Below, piece by piece: positions 1 through 11,832 of a stretch of DNA of 64,000 nt. The notes under the pieces were generated by a model. The model was given only the letters and a program-made list of their open reading frames with translations. It was not told where the DNA came from and did no database searches. Location of the stretch: the NCBI GenBank assembly GCA_013239625.1, contig MU056029.1, positions 62,001 through 126,000 on the forward strand, given 5' to 3'. The first letter of the stretch is position 1; every line of letters begins with the position of its first letter. A program made the position numbers and the translations under genes. Origin of the DNA: Lama guanicoe. Lineage: Eukaryota.

Positions 1-788
1 GAGCCCACGGACCAGTCATCAGACATCTTCTTCCAAAACCTAAATTTCTTTGACTTTTTAGCATGATTTTTCTCTGTGTTCTTGGGCAAGAGGCCAAGCC
101 CAACATCCCACCTGCCACCCATTGCTGGCCCAGACCAGGATTGAGCCTGTCAAAGGGTTCCATTTCCCCCAGAACCATGCATAGTGTCTGACCAGCCAAG
201 AAGCCCTTGTGCCCGGCCTCCTGCTGGGTGGAGAACCAATGATACCCTGCCTTCTCTGTGGAGTCCCTTACTGATTCGTCATGGTTTCATCCCTTGGCAC
301 ATTCTTCATGAACTCATTCACTCACTCATCCAAGTCAGTTCACTCATTCATTCATCTCTGTGAAAAGCTATGTAGGGAGGGAAGAAGCGGGAAAGGAGGA
401 CGGCTGCACGTGGAAAGGTTGAGAGGTGGGCAAGTCCAATATGCATACCAGATAGGTGTTTTTTCTCTGGGTATAGGTGTCTTTGTCAATGTTTGTGTTT
501 CTTGATGTATCCCTGGGGATGTGTCTCATCACTGGGGGCATGAAGGTGTAACCCTATGATGCACAATCTCTATAATGATGGACTAAAAGTTCTCACACCT
601 GCCCTATGCTTCTCTGTACAGAAGACATCCCCAGAGGAAGATGTGCCTTGCACATGGAAATCAGCCTTTCTCCAGCACCAGGAAGAGGTAGAAAGTCACT
701 CACATCCTTCTGGATCTCCTCATGTCCAGAAGTTCCTCAGGTAAGCCTACTAAATTGCTTCTGCTCAGATGCCTGCGAAATCCTTGGC

Positions 789-870
789 TGGGTCAATGAT
801 GAGAACACAGATGGTCTTGAAAAACAATGATGACCTGAACTCGTGCTGAATAAAATCACATTGAGACCCA
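789..870 (+). pseudogene. SNORD115: Degenerate SNORD115 copy (probable pseudo-snoRNA)
   Basis: TGGGTC-ATGATGA (box C) and terminal stem TGGGTC/GACCCA present, but box D is TTGA (861-864) and the guide region reads GTGCTGAATAAAATCACA instead of ATGCTCAATAGGATTACG. Confidence 0.85.
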
Positions 871-2842
871 GTGGAGGTGGCAATCCAGGGCAGGAAGATG
901 GGGATGCTTTTGTTTTTACTAGAGCCATGGGATTTGGGTGTGGAAGCACCCTATGCCTCAAAGCACACCACTGAGACTCAGCCGTGTCCATGGGCTGTCA
1001 CATGGCTCAGACAGGCTCCTGTTTTTGATTTTCATTCTGATGCCCACTCCCCAACCCCTTCTCGGGGAGATAGGCAAAGCCTTAACTCAACTACCATTTT
1101 TCTGGTTGTGTCTTTCAGTCAAGAATTCTGGCAAGACTGTCAAAATGGTCCAGCAAACTGGAGATGAGTGGATATGTTTGGTCCTAAATTCTTCTTCCAA
1201 GACCACATTGGACACTAGGAATGGCTTTTTCAATCTGTAAAGAGGAGGGAAACCATTCAAGAAGCCCAATTTTGACCCAGGGTAATTTCTCCTGCAGTGG
1301 CAGCTCTTCAGGATGAAATATCTGGCCATGAGGCGTTTTTCTTAGAGCTGAATTCAGGTCCGATCGGAAATGGAGGCAAAGGTTCTTTACTGGCTGCCCT
1401 GGGTGGCATTCACACGGGTGGCAGAGCACTTTCAGGTTGATCAGGCTCCCTGAGTGAAGACATGGCCACATGTGGTGTGTCCCTGGTGCTTCTGCCAAAA
1501 GCGTTCAGTAGAGAAGGACCGGAGCCCATGCTTGGACAGGAAACCCAGCAGGCAGGACATTGCTCTACTGGCCAAAGTAGGTAGAGGCTGCTACTTCTTG
1601 AGGAAGGCGAAGGGCAACCCATGAGAAGCCCCAGTGTTTGGCCTGGACAGTTTCAAAGAGCCCAGGCCGTGGGGATGCCAGCTGTCCTTCATGGGCACTA
1701 GGACAGTGGGCTTCACCCTCCCAAACCCTGTGGGCTTCTGGTGCAGTTGCTCCCCTCCAGGACAAATTGCCATCAGAGATGCCACTGCATGGTGGAGAAA
1801 CCTCTACCGAGGATACTTCCTAGAGGGGCTGTCAGAGGCAGGGTGTCGTCTTCACTGAGAGGCCACACTGACCCACAGGAGATGGGGGACACTGATGCTG
1901 GAAAGGAGGATGTATTTGCATGGCTGCCGTTTGGCAGTCATGGGTGTGCCTTAGCAGGGATGCTTAACCAAGAGAAGATGGCTCTTGTCGCTGGCCTGAA
2001 TGTTGCCATGCGGAGCTTGGCCTGGAGGCCTGGTGGTGTGCCCACAGACCAGTCCTAGAATAGAGGCTTCACCAGCCTAAATTCCCTTGACTTCTCAGCA
2101 TGATTTTCTCTGTGTCCTCAGGCAAGAGGCCAAGCCCAGCATCCAACCTACCACCCGTTGCTGGCCCAGACCAGGAACAAGCCTGTCCAAAGAGCTCCAT
2201 TACCCCAGGACACATGCATAGTGTTTGACCAGCCGAGAAGCCCTTGTGCCCGGCCTCCTGCTGAGTGGAGAACCAGTGATGCTCTGCCTTTTCTGTGGAG
2301 GCCGATACTGACTCGTCATGGCTTCATTCCTTCACACATTCTGTAGGGACTCATTCATTCACTCATCCAACCCCATCCGCTCATCATTTATCTCTGTGAG
2401 AACTGAGGGAGGGAGGGAAGAGGGGAAAGGTAAGGTGGGCTGAAGGTAGGAGGGTTGAGGGGTGGGTAAGCCCGTATGCATAGCAGGTGGCTGTTTTCTT
2501 TCTCTGTAGATAGGTGCCTTTGTCCGTGTGTGTGTTCACTGATACATGCCCGGGAATGCATCAGGTATTGTCATTGGAGGCATGAAGGTGAAGCCCCTAT
2601 GATGCCCAGCTCCTAAAGGGGTGGGGTAGGAGTTCTCACCACTGTCTTTTTTGTCTCTGGCAAGAAATCATCCCCAGAGGACGATGGGAATCATCCCCTG
2701 GGGTCATGGAAGTCCATTTTTGTCCAGCACCTGGAAGAGGCAGAAAGTCTCTCACAGCCTTTTGGATCTCCACCTGTCCAGAAAGCGCCTCAGGTAAGCC
2801 TACTCAGATGCCAGTGCTCGGCTGCATGGGGAGCGCCTTGGC

Positions 2843-2923
2843 TGGGTCAATGATGAAAACTCATGGTCCTGAAGAGAGGTGATGACCTAAAAATTATGCT
2901 CAGTAGGATTACGCTGAGGCCCA
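2843..2923 (+). ncRNA. SNORD115: C/D box snoRNA SNORD115 (HBII-52), near-canonical copy
   Basis: TGGGTCAATGATGA...CTGAAGAGAGGTGATGA...ATGCTCAGTAGGATTACG-CTGA-GGCCCA: boxes C, D', C', D and terminal stem intact; guide matches the HTR2C-antisense element at 17/18 nt. Confidence 0.95.
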
Positions 2924-4900
2924 GGGGAGATGGCAGTCTGGGGACCAGAGGCTGGGGATCCTCCTGTTCCCTCTAGAGCCACGGTATTAGGGTGTGGGTG
3001 CACCCCATGACTGGAAGCATGCCTTTGAGACGCGTCCATGTCCGTGGGCTTCCGCGTGGCTCAGACAGGCTCCTGTCTTCGGCATTCTTTCCCAGTGCTC
3101 AGTTCGCCCCCTTCCTGGGAGGCCATGGCAGGGCCTTTCCTCAGCTCCTGCTTTTCCCATTGTGTCTTTCAGTGAGACGCCCTGGCAGGGCTTTGGCCAT
3201 AACCTGGAAGACTGGAGGTGAGTGGGTCTCTTTGGACCTAGGTTCCTGGCCCCAGCGCACGTTGGATGATGGGGGTCATTTGCATCCAATCAGGAAATAA
3301 GGAGGAGCCCATTCGGGAAACTCGGTATCCATGGAAGGGTGAATTCTCCTGCAGTGGCAGCCCTACAGATAGGATCTTTGGCCCCAAATAGTTTTCCTTT
3401 AGAGCTGAATTCGAATGTGACTGGAAATGGAGGCAACGGTTTCTTATTGGCCGCCCTGGGGCCCTTTCACACAGGTCCTTGCACACATTCAGACCCAGCA
3501 GCCTTACTGAGGGGAGGCACAGCACCAGCTGGTGTGTGCCTGATGCATCTACCAAGAGCTTTGGGTACGGAGGGCCCAGGGCCCGGGCATGGATAGGGAA
3601 CTCTGCAGGCAGAACGTGATTTGCGGTCCTCAGCTGGTAGAGGCTGCTACCTCTTGAGGGAGCTGAAGGGCAACCCCTGAGCAGCCTCCAGGTTTTGCCT
3701 GGACATTTTCAGGGACCCCGTGCTCTGGGGGTGCCAGCTGTTCCTGATGGGCCCTTGGATGTGTTTAGCTTCACCCGACCAGGCCCCTTGTTTCTTGTGG
3801 AGTTCCTCCCTTCCAGGAGACACTGCCTTCAGAGATGCCACCCTCCAGAGGAGTCACCTCTTCTAAGGATACTTTCACAGAGAGACCATCTGCAAAACCT
3901 CAGAACCATGGTATGGTTTTCATTGAGAGACCATTTTGACCAGCAGGAGAGGCAGGACCCCGTGATGCAGGCCAAGGAGAATACACTTGCATGGCTGCTG
4001 TGTGGCAGTCATGGTTGTGCCTTGGCCAGGGACACTGAACCAAGAAAGGTGGCTCTTTTCCCTGGCTTGAAAGTTTTTATACAGGGTTTGGCCTAGAGGC
4101 CAGGTTGTGAGCCACCAGCCCATCTTAAGATACAGGCTTTGCCGAGCCTAAATTCCCTTGACCTATTGGCGCGATTTTGTCTTTGTCCTTAGGCAAGAGG
4201 CCAAGGCCAATGTCTCACCTGCCACCCACTGCTGGCCATGACTTCAGTGGAGCCCATCCAAAGAGCTCCATTCCCCCAGGACACGCGCATAGTGACTGAC
4301 CAGCCGAGTTCCCCTTCTGCCTGGCCTCCTGCTGGGTGAAGAATCAGTGACGCTCTGTGGAGTCCCATACTCACTCATCACAGCTTCATCCCTGGACACA
4401 TTCTGCAGTGCATTTACCCACTCATTCGACCCCTTATTCATTCAGGTTTGTGAGAGCCTGAGTAAGGAGGGAGGCAGAGGGAAAGGTGAAAAGGGCTGGA
4501 GTTAGAATGGCTGAGGTTCGGGTAGGCCCATATGCATATCAGGTTAGTGGTTTCTGTCTCCGAATAAGTGCCTTTGTCGACGTGTGTGTCCCTTGATGTA
4601 TCCCCTGGGGTGTATCATGTATCATCACTGGAGGCATGAAGGTGTAGCCCCTGTGAGGCACAGTCCCTAAAGGGATGGGCTTAATTTTCTCATGGCTGGC
4701 CCCCTCTCTGGCCTTAAGCTGTCCCCAGAGGAATACGTGAGTTGGGCATACGGCCCCAGGGCCATGGAAGTCAGTTTTTGTCCAGCACCTGCAAGACGCA
4801 GAAAGTCACTCATGTTCTTCTGGATCTTCTTATGTCCAGAAAGCATCGCAGGCAAGCCTACTCAGGTGCTGGTGCTTGGCTGCGTGGGGAGTGCCTTGTT

Positions 4901-4980
4901 TCGGGCAATGATGAGAACTCACATGTTCTTGATGAGATAATGACCTATAATCATGCACAACAGGATTTCGCTGAGGCTCA
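4901..4980 (+). ncRNA. SNORD115: Diverged SNORD115 copy, last in the array
   Basis: Box C ATGATGA (4908-4914) and box D CTGA (4971-4974) intact; guide ATGCACAACAGGATTTCG is 15/18 to canonical; internal boxes and terminal stem weakened. Confidence 0.85.
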
Positions 4981-6759
4981 AGGGAAGTTGCAATCCGGAT
5001 GCAGGAGGCTGGGGATCCTCTTCTTCCTTCCAGAGCCATGGGATTTGGGTGTTGGGGCACCCCGTGCTTGCAGGCACACCCCTGAAGCTCGACAGCGTCC
5101 CTGGGCTTCCACATGGCTCACACACGCACCTGTTTTTGCATTCTTCCCAGATGCTCGGTTTCCCCCTCCCGGAAGGCTGTGGGCGGGGCCTTTCCTCAGC
5201 GGCTGCTTTTACAATTGATCTTTGTGTAGGATGTCCTGGCAGGGCTTTCGTCCAGGCTTGGAAAAGTGGAGGTGAGTGGGTCTTTTTGGTCCTAGGTTCC
5301 TGGCTTCAGAGCACGTTGGATGATGGGTGTGGCCTGTCTCCCATCAGTAAAGAGAAGGGAGCCCTTCCGGAAAGCTCAGTATTGACCGAAGTGTGCTTTC
5401 TCCTGCAATGGCAGCTCTGTGGGGATAGATCTCTGGCCCCGAAAAGTTGCCCTCTGAGCTGAATTCAAGTTTGTTTGGAAATGGAGTTGAGTTTTCCTCC
5501 ACTGGCCGCCCTGGGGCGCATTCACTTTCAGGCGGATCGGGCTGAGTGAAGGCAAGTCCGCCCGAGGCGTGTGCCTGGGGCATCTGCCAAGAGCCCTGGG
5601 GAGGGAAAGCCCCGGCACCGACTTGGATACGGAACCCTGCAGGCAGAAAGCTGTTCCGCGGGTCTCAGAGGGTGGAGGCTGCTGCCCCTTGAGGCTGCTG
5701 TAGGGTGACCTCTGAGCGCTCACAGGCATTGGCTGGACAGTTTCAGGGACTGTTTGCTCTTGGGGATGCTAGTGTTTTTCTTTTTTTTGATGTGCCCTTT
5801 GTATCATCTAGCTGTGCCCTGTTGTGCCCTTGTGTTTCACGTGGAGTTCTTCCTTTGTGGGAGCCACTGCCTTCAAATTGCCATTTTTTTTTCAGAGGAG
5901 AAACCCCTTTTTTGGGTACTTTGAGGAAGGTTGTTGAGAACTTCATGATAACATCTCCATGGAAAGAATAATTTGGCCCCGCGGGAGAGGGGTGACCCCA
6001 TGATATGGGCAAGGAGTGAGTATATGCATTACTTCTTCTGAATTTGCTGTAACAGTAACTTGAGAAGTTTTGTGATTCTAAGTTGATATTTATTATCACC
6101 TAAAACTGTTTAGACAAGTTCGTTTCTGTTATATAATTTCGCCGTGGTTATGGTGTTGTGATATGTCTCAATCATGATGAGCTGCTCACAGCTAAGAGAC
6201 CCAGGCAGTTGCGGCTTCAAATGCGAGATCCACGTATATGCTTTGCCTATGATATGAGATCTTGAATAAAGTATATGCAGACTGATATCCCCTTTAAACT
6301 TCCTGGAATTTCCATTTATATTATGTCTTCCCTTAGAAATGGCAATGCATGATGTAATTAATCATTATTCTTCATATTGCATCCTTGAAGATACATCCAA
6401 GGATTTGTCAAATACCTGTTTGTTTATGTCCATGATTGGTATCTCTGTAGTCCACAATGTAAGTACTTTGGACTTTTTAGATTAGAAATTGTAGAATAGT
6501 CCAAGTGAACAATGCATACAACAGAGATGTAGTTCTCACCCTTGATGACAACTATTTTCAAAATAAATAATAATGATAAAATGAATTCTTAATCTCCTGA
6601 AACACCTGGCAGCTACTCAGGAGTCCTGTGATAAACATCCCACTCTCCAGCTTACTTGGACACCAAGGTTTAAGGGCACCATATCTCGTAAGAATTTTCA
6701 GGGCAAAATGGGTGTTTCTGTAGGTAGTTTTGAGAGTTTGGATCAATGAGAGGTTTTCC

Positions 6760-8170
6760 TTTTCCCTCAGTATTATTGAGGAACATTTGACAAATATAAT
6801 TGGATATATTTCAGAGATACTGCATGATGATTTGATGCATTATATGCTGAAAAATAAATACTAAGATCCAGATAATTAACACATTCACTCACCCACACAG
6901 TTAATTCATATATGTGTGTGTGTGTTGAAAATTCTTAAAATCTCTCACCAGATTTCAAGTATACACTACTATATTAACCATATTCACCATGCTGTATATC
7001 AGATCCTCAGTACTTTCTAAAAAGTTTGTATCCTTTCACCTCCATCTTCCTAACTACCCCTCCCTCCATCCCCTGGCATTTTATTCTCTCTTTATATAAA
7101 ACTGGCTTTTTAAAAGAGTCAACATATAAGTGATACCATACAGTATTTATCTGTCTCTGTCTGGTTTATTACATGTCCAACAGGTTCATCCATGTTGTCA
7201 CAAAGAGAAAAGTTTTCTTTTTCCCTATGGCTGAGTAATGTTTTATTATTTTATATATGTATACATTTTCTTTATCAATTCATTTATCATATGGGCAATG
7301 TTCCCATATCTTATCTGTTATGAATAATACCTCAAGGAACATAGAACTTCAGACATTTCTTCGAGATACTGATTTCATTTCCTTTGGATAGATACCCAAG
7401 GATACAATTGTTGGATTATATAGTAGTCTATTTAAATTTTTTCTGAGAAAACTCCATACTGTTTTTCACAGTAGTGATATCTCATTGTGGGTTTGATTTG
7501 CAATTCCATGATGATTAGAAATAATGATTAGTGATTTCATTTGTCTTCTTTGGAAAAATATCTATTTAAATCTTTTGCCCATTTTTAATGGGACGATAAT
7601 GAAGATAATGATGATGGTTATTGCTGTTGAGTGGTATGAGTTTCTTATATATTTGGATATTAATCATTTATTAGATATGTGGTTTGCAAATATTTTCTCC
7701 CATTTTGTAGGTTGTCTGTTAAATCCACTGGTTGTTTTCCTGGCCATGCAGAAGCTTTTTAATTAAATGTAGTCCCACTGGTTAATCTTTATTTTCGTTG
7801 TCTGTGCTCTTAGTATCATATGAAAAAAAGTTATGGCCAAAACCAACATCAAGAACATTTTCCCCATGTTTTCTGCTAGGAGTTTTATGGTGTCAGGCCT
7901 TATGTTTCATTCTTTAATCCATTTGGTGTTAACATTTGTGAGTGGTATAAGGTAGGGTCCAGTTTCATGCTTTTGCATGTGGTGATCCAGTTTTCCCAGC
8001 ACCATTGGTTGAAGAGACTATTTTTCCATTGTGTATTCTTAGCTCTCTGTTGAAGGTCCATCGAAAATGTACGTGTGGATTTATTTCTGGGCTTACTATT
8101 CTGTTCAATCAATCTATATATTTGTCTTTATGCCAGTAATACACTTCTTTAATTACTGTAGATTTTAATA
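6760..8170 (-). mobile_element. LINE-1 fragment (3' UTR plus ORF2 C-terminal part), L1MA-like
   Basis: Minus-strand ORF 7900-8112 '[22 protein letters not shown]' is a typical L1 ORF2 motif; typical L1 3' UTR sequence. Boundaries approximate. Confidence 0.85.
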
Positions 8171-8177
8171 TATGTTA

Positions 8178-10170
8178 TTTTTTATTGAAATACAGTAGAG
8201 GTACAATATTGTTAGTATCAGGTGTACTAACAGTCATTTGACATTTATCACATACATCATGAAATAATCACTACAGTAAGTCTAGTAGGCATCTGTTCCC
8301 ATATAGTTGTTACAACGTGATCAACCATATTCCTTACACTTATATTACATTTCCATGGCATATTTATTTTATGACTGGAGATTGGTACCTCTTAATTCCC
8401 CTCACTTATTTTGCACCCTGGCCCCACTCTCCACCCTTCTGCAGCCACCCAGGTGTTCTCTGTATCTGAGTCTGTTTTTATTTTGGTTTTTTGTTTGATC
8501 TGTGAATATCGAAACATCCTTGCATTCCTGGGGTAAACCCCACTTGATTATGGTCAAGTGTGATTCTTTTGATGCATTGTTGAATTTGGTTTGCTAATAT
8601 TTTGTTGGGAATTTTTGCATGTATGTTCATCAGTAATATTGGCCTATAATTCTCTTTTATGGAAGTGTTTTTGTCTGGTTTTTGTATCAAGGTGATGCTG
8701 GCCTTGTAGGATGGATGTGGTAGTATGCCCTCCTCTTCAATTTTTTGAAATAGTTTGAGAAGGATTGGCACTGACTTTTCTTTAAGTGCTTGGTAGCATT
8801 TACCTGTGGAGCCATCTGGACATTGACTTTTGTTTATTAGGGGTTTTTGAATCACTGATACTGGTAATTGTTGTTTATATTTTTTATTTCTTCCTAATTC
8901 AGTCTTCATGACTGAATGTTTCTAGGAATGTATGTGTTTCTTCTAGGCTTTCCATTTTATTGGTGTATAATTGTTCACAGTGATCTCTTATGATACTTTC
9001 TATTTCTGCAGTGTTGGTTGTAGCTTTCATTTTTATTACTGATTTTATTTATTTGGGTCTGCTCTCTTTTTTCTTGAGGATTCTTTCTTGATGGTTTTAT
9101 GGATTTTTTCCTATGGTTTTTAATCTCTATTTTATTTATTTCTGCTCTTATCTTTTTTATTTCCTTTCTTTTAGTGATGTTTGAATTTGTCTGCTCTTTT
9201 TCTTGTTGCTTTAGGTAAAAGGTTATATTGTTTGAGATTTTGTTGGTTTGTTTGTTTCCTGAAGTAGGTTTGTATCACTATAAACTTCCCTCTTAGAACT
9301 TCTTTTGCTGCGAAGATTTTGGAAAGTTGTGTTTACATTTTTGTCTCCAGGTATATTTTTATTACCTCTTTGGCTATTTAGTAGCACATTATTTTAGACT
9401 CGATGTGGGATTTTTCCATGTTTTCTTGTAATTGATTTCTGGTATCATGTAATTATGATTGGAAAATATATTTAATCTGATTTCACTTTTTTAATTTATT
9501 GAGACTTGTTTTGTGGCCTAGCATGAGATATATCCTGGAGAATGTGCCATGTGCATTTGAAACGAATGTGTATTCTGTTGCTTTTGGATTGAATGTTCTA
9601 CATATATCTATTAATTCTGCCTGATCTAATGTTTCATTGAAGGCCAGTGTTTCCTTATTGATTTTTTGTCTGGATGATCTGTCCATTGAGGTAAGTGTGG
9701 TGTTAAAGTCCCCTACTATTATTGTGTTGCTGTCAATTTCTTTCTTTACGTTTGTTAATATTTGCTTTATGTATTTAATTGCTCCTATGATGGGTGCATA
9801 GACATTTACAATTGTTATATCTTAGTGTTGGATTTATCAATTTATCATTATACAATGTCCTTCTTTGTCACTTGTTATAACATTTGTTTTAGGGTCTATT
9901 TTATCTGATATGAGTATTGCTACTCTGGCTTTCTTTTGTTTCCATTTGCATGAAATACCTTTTTTCATTCTTCTTTTTCAGTCTGGGTGTCTCTCTAGAT
10001 CTGAAATGAGTCTTGTACGCAGCATATATATGAGTCTTGTTTGTGTATCTATTCAGTGCCATTCTATGTCTTAGGATTGCAACATTCAGCTCATTAAAAT
10101 TAAAGTAATTATTGATAGTTATATACTTATTGCCATTTTGTTCATTGTTTCCTGGTTGTTTTGGAGGGTT
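8178..10170 (-). mobile_element. LINE-1: short 3' UTR piece (~8178-8490) abutting an ORF2 endonuclease/RT fragment (~8495-10170)
   Basis: ORF 8478-8909 '[16 protein letters not shown]...[15 protein letters not shown]...[11 protein letters not shown]' (RT) and ORF 9483-9686 'MDRSSRQKINKET...HGTFSRI' (EN). Disrupted. Confidence 0.9.
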
Positions 10171-11765
10171 TTTTATTTATGGTTTCAATATGAACATACA
10201 CCTCTGTGGCTAGGGAGTGTGGATCAATTAGGTAGAAGGAGTATCACCTTTATACTATTGTTAGATAGATTCTAACATACTTTAATAATATTTTAAATGA
10301 TATGACCCAAGTTCACAGTTAACTACTGGTTCTTTGTTTCTGTCATATTGCATAAATACATCAGCATTGAAAACTGCCCCACTGCAATATCACTTCTGAA
10401 TCACTCTAGACAGAAGGATCCTGGGAAGCTTCTGGTGTTGTCATTATAACCAGAGTTACTAAAACCAAGTCAAATGTCCAAATGTGCCATTTTCCACGAT
10501 AAACTGAATGCAATTGGTAAATTTTCAAGAGCATTAGTGTGGTGTAAGGACTGTTTATTTGTTGGTAGTGGTCCTATCTGGATAAAGGATGAGCGTTAAG
10601 TATTGGGGTTATTGAGATCCAGCTGAATGGCCTTCTAGTAAATTGAATAACACTTTCAGAAATGGCTTAATTAATATCCTTCTCAAAAAATCCCACAGTA
10701 CCACTGCCATGTGACTTGATTTTTTACATCACAGGAAAATTTTTACGTCAAAGGTATTTATATAGTTTTTTATTGGATGGAATACAACTTTAGAATTTTC
10801 CATTTGAGAGACAGTTGCTGTGTCGTTATTTGCATAGTTCAGCAGGGAGGATTATTGACTACTTGCAAAGTAAAAACTCAGAGAGGAAACGAGTGGATAA
10901 ATTAAATTGCAAGGGTGACAGAGGATCAAGCAATGTGATGTTTGTAGCAAGGAATACCTATATGATTAATTAAAATGGAACCAATGTTATGCCTTATTTT
11001 TAATTAAGTTAATACATTGTATAATCTAATCTATTTTCTTTGTGATGTTTTGCTGCAGGTCAAAACTAGAACAAGTTACTGTTTTTTCAAGTGAATACAT
11101 TACATTCAGGGAAGAAAAGTGAGCAGCTACCACGGTACATTTGAAATTCTTTTGTGTTTTATGACTAGTAATGTCAGTAGTCAAAAATCTGTGAGTTCAT
11201 TCTTTCAGAGACTCAAAAAGAATAAATATGATAAATATTTTTCCTGTGAATGTCCCTATATGGTTCAAGCAATCCTCATTATTTTTTTTTCTCTTTTAAA
11301 AACCTTTTTACAAGCAATAACCTGAATAATTTTGGAGAGTTATTGCCGCTGAGAAGACTTTGGAGAGTCTTTTCACCATTTTGTATTAGATGAAAATAAT
11401 CTTGCAGTGAAATGCAAGTGTGCTAAAAATTGACATTTTTTAATCTTTATCTGGAACATTCAGAACATAGATGTTTCTACTTACATTTGTAGTGTAATTA
11501 TACTACATACTATTTTGGTAAATTATTTACTCTTCAAATTTTTAGTTGATTAAGTGTTTCATTTTCCCAATAGATTTCTTCTTATTAGAACAATCCAAGG
11601 TCACATTTCCTCATTCTATATGTATGTATAACAATTCCATTATTCAGGTACTAAATAAAATGTCTGCTGTACCATGTACTGTTCTTTTTTCATAACGCAG
11701 TAGATGAGCCTGAAGGCAATGAGCCTGGCTGTGGAGGTGCTTATTTGTTGGGAGGGTGCTTTTCT

Positions 11766-11832
11766 GGATCGATGATGAGCACAACTGTCTGAGGATGCTG
11801 AGGGACTCATTCCAGATGTCAATCTGAGGTCC
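11766..11832 (+). ncRNA. SNORD109B: C/D box snoRNA SNORD109 (HBII-438), B copy by position
   Basis: GGATCGATGATGAGCACAACTGTCTGAGGATGCTGAGGGACTCATTCCAGATGTCAATCTGAGGTCC: box C 11772-11778, D' 11789-11792, box D 11824-11827, 8-bp stem TCTGGATC/GGTCCAGA; lies between the SNORD115 array and UBE3A as in human. Confidence 0.93.

Larger units (their letters stand above)
1..6030 (+). repeat. SNHG14: Distal end of the SNORD115 tandem array, ~3 diverged units of ~2.05 kb (SNHG14 host exons/introns)
   Basis: Homologous blocks recur with ~2.05 kb period (snoRNA starts 789, 2843, 4901; donors 741, 2794, 4852; acceptors 922, 2976, 5033). Homology fades at ~6030 where AT-rich unique/L1 sequence begins. Confidence 0.92.

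Noticed and set aside
1..6030. Regularly spaced repeats as a CRISPR-like array
   Set aside because: Mammalian DNA; units are ~2 kb, homologous along their full length, and explained by the snoRNA array.
281..6099. Many 60-170 aa ORFs within the SNORD115 array
   Set aside because: Frames are not preserved between homologous units and resemble no protein; expected in GC-rich non-coding repeats.
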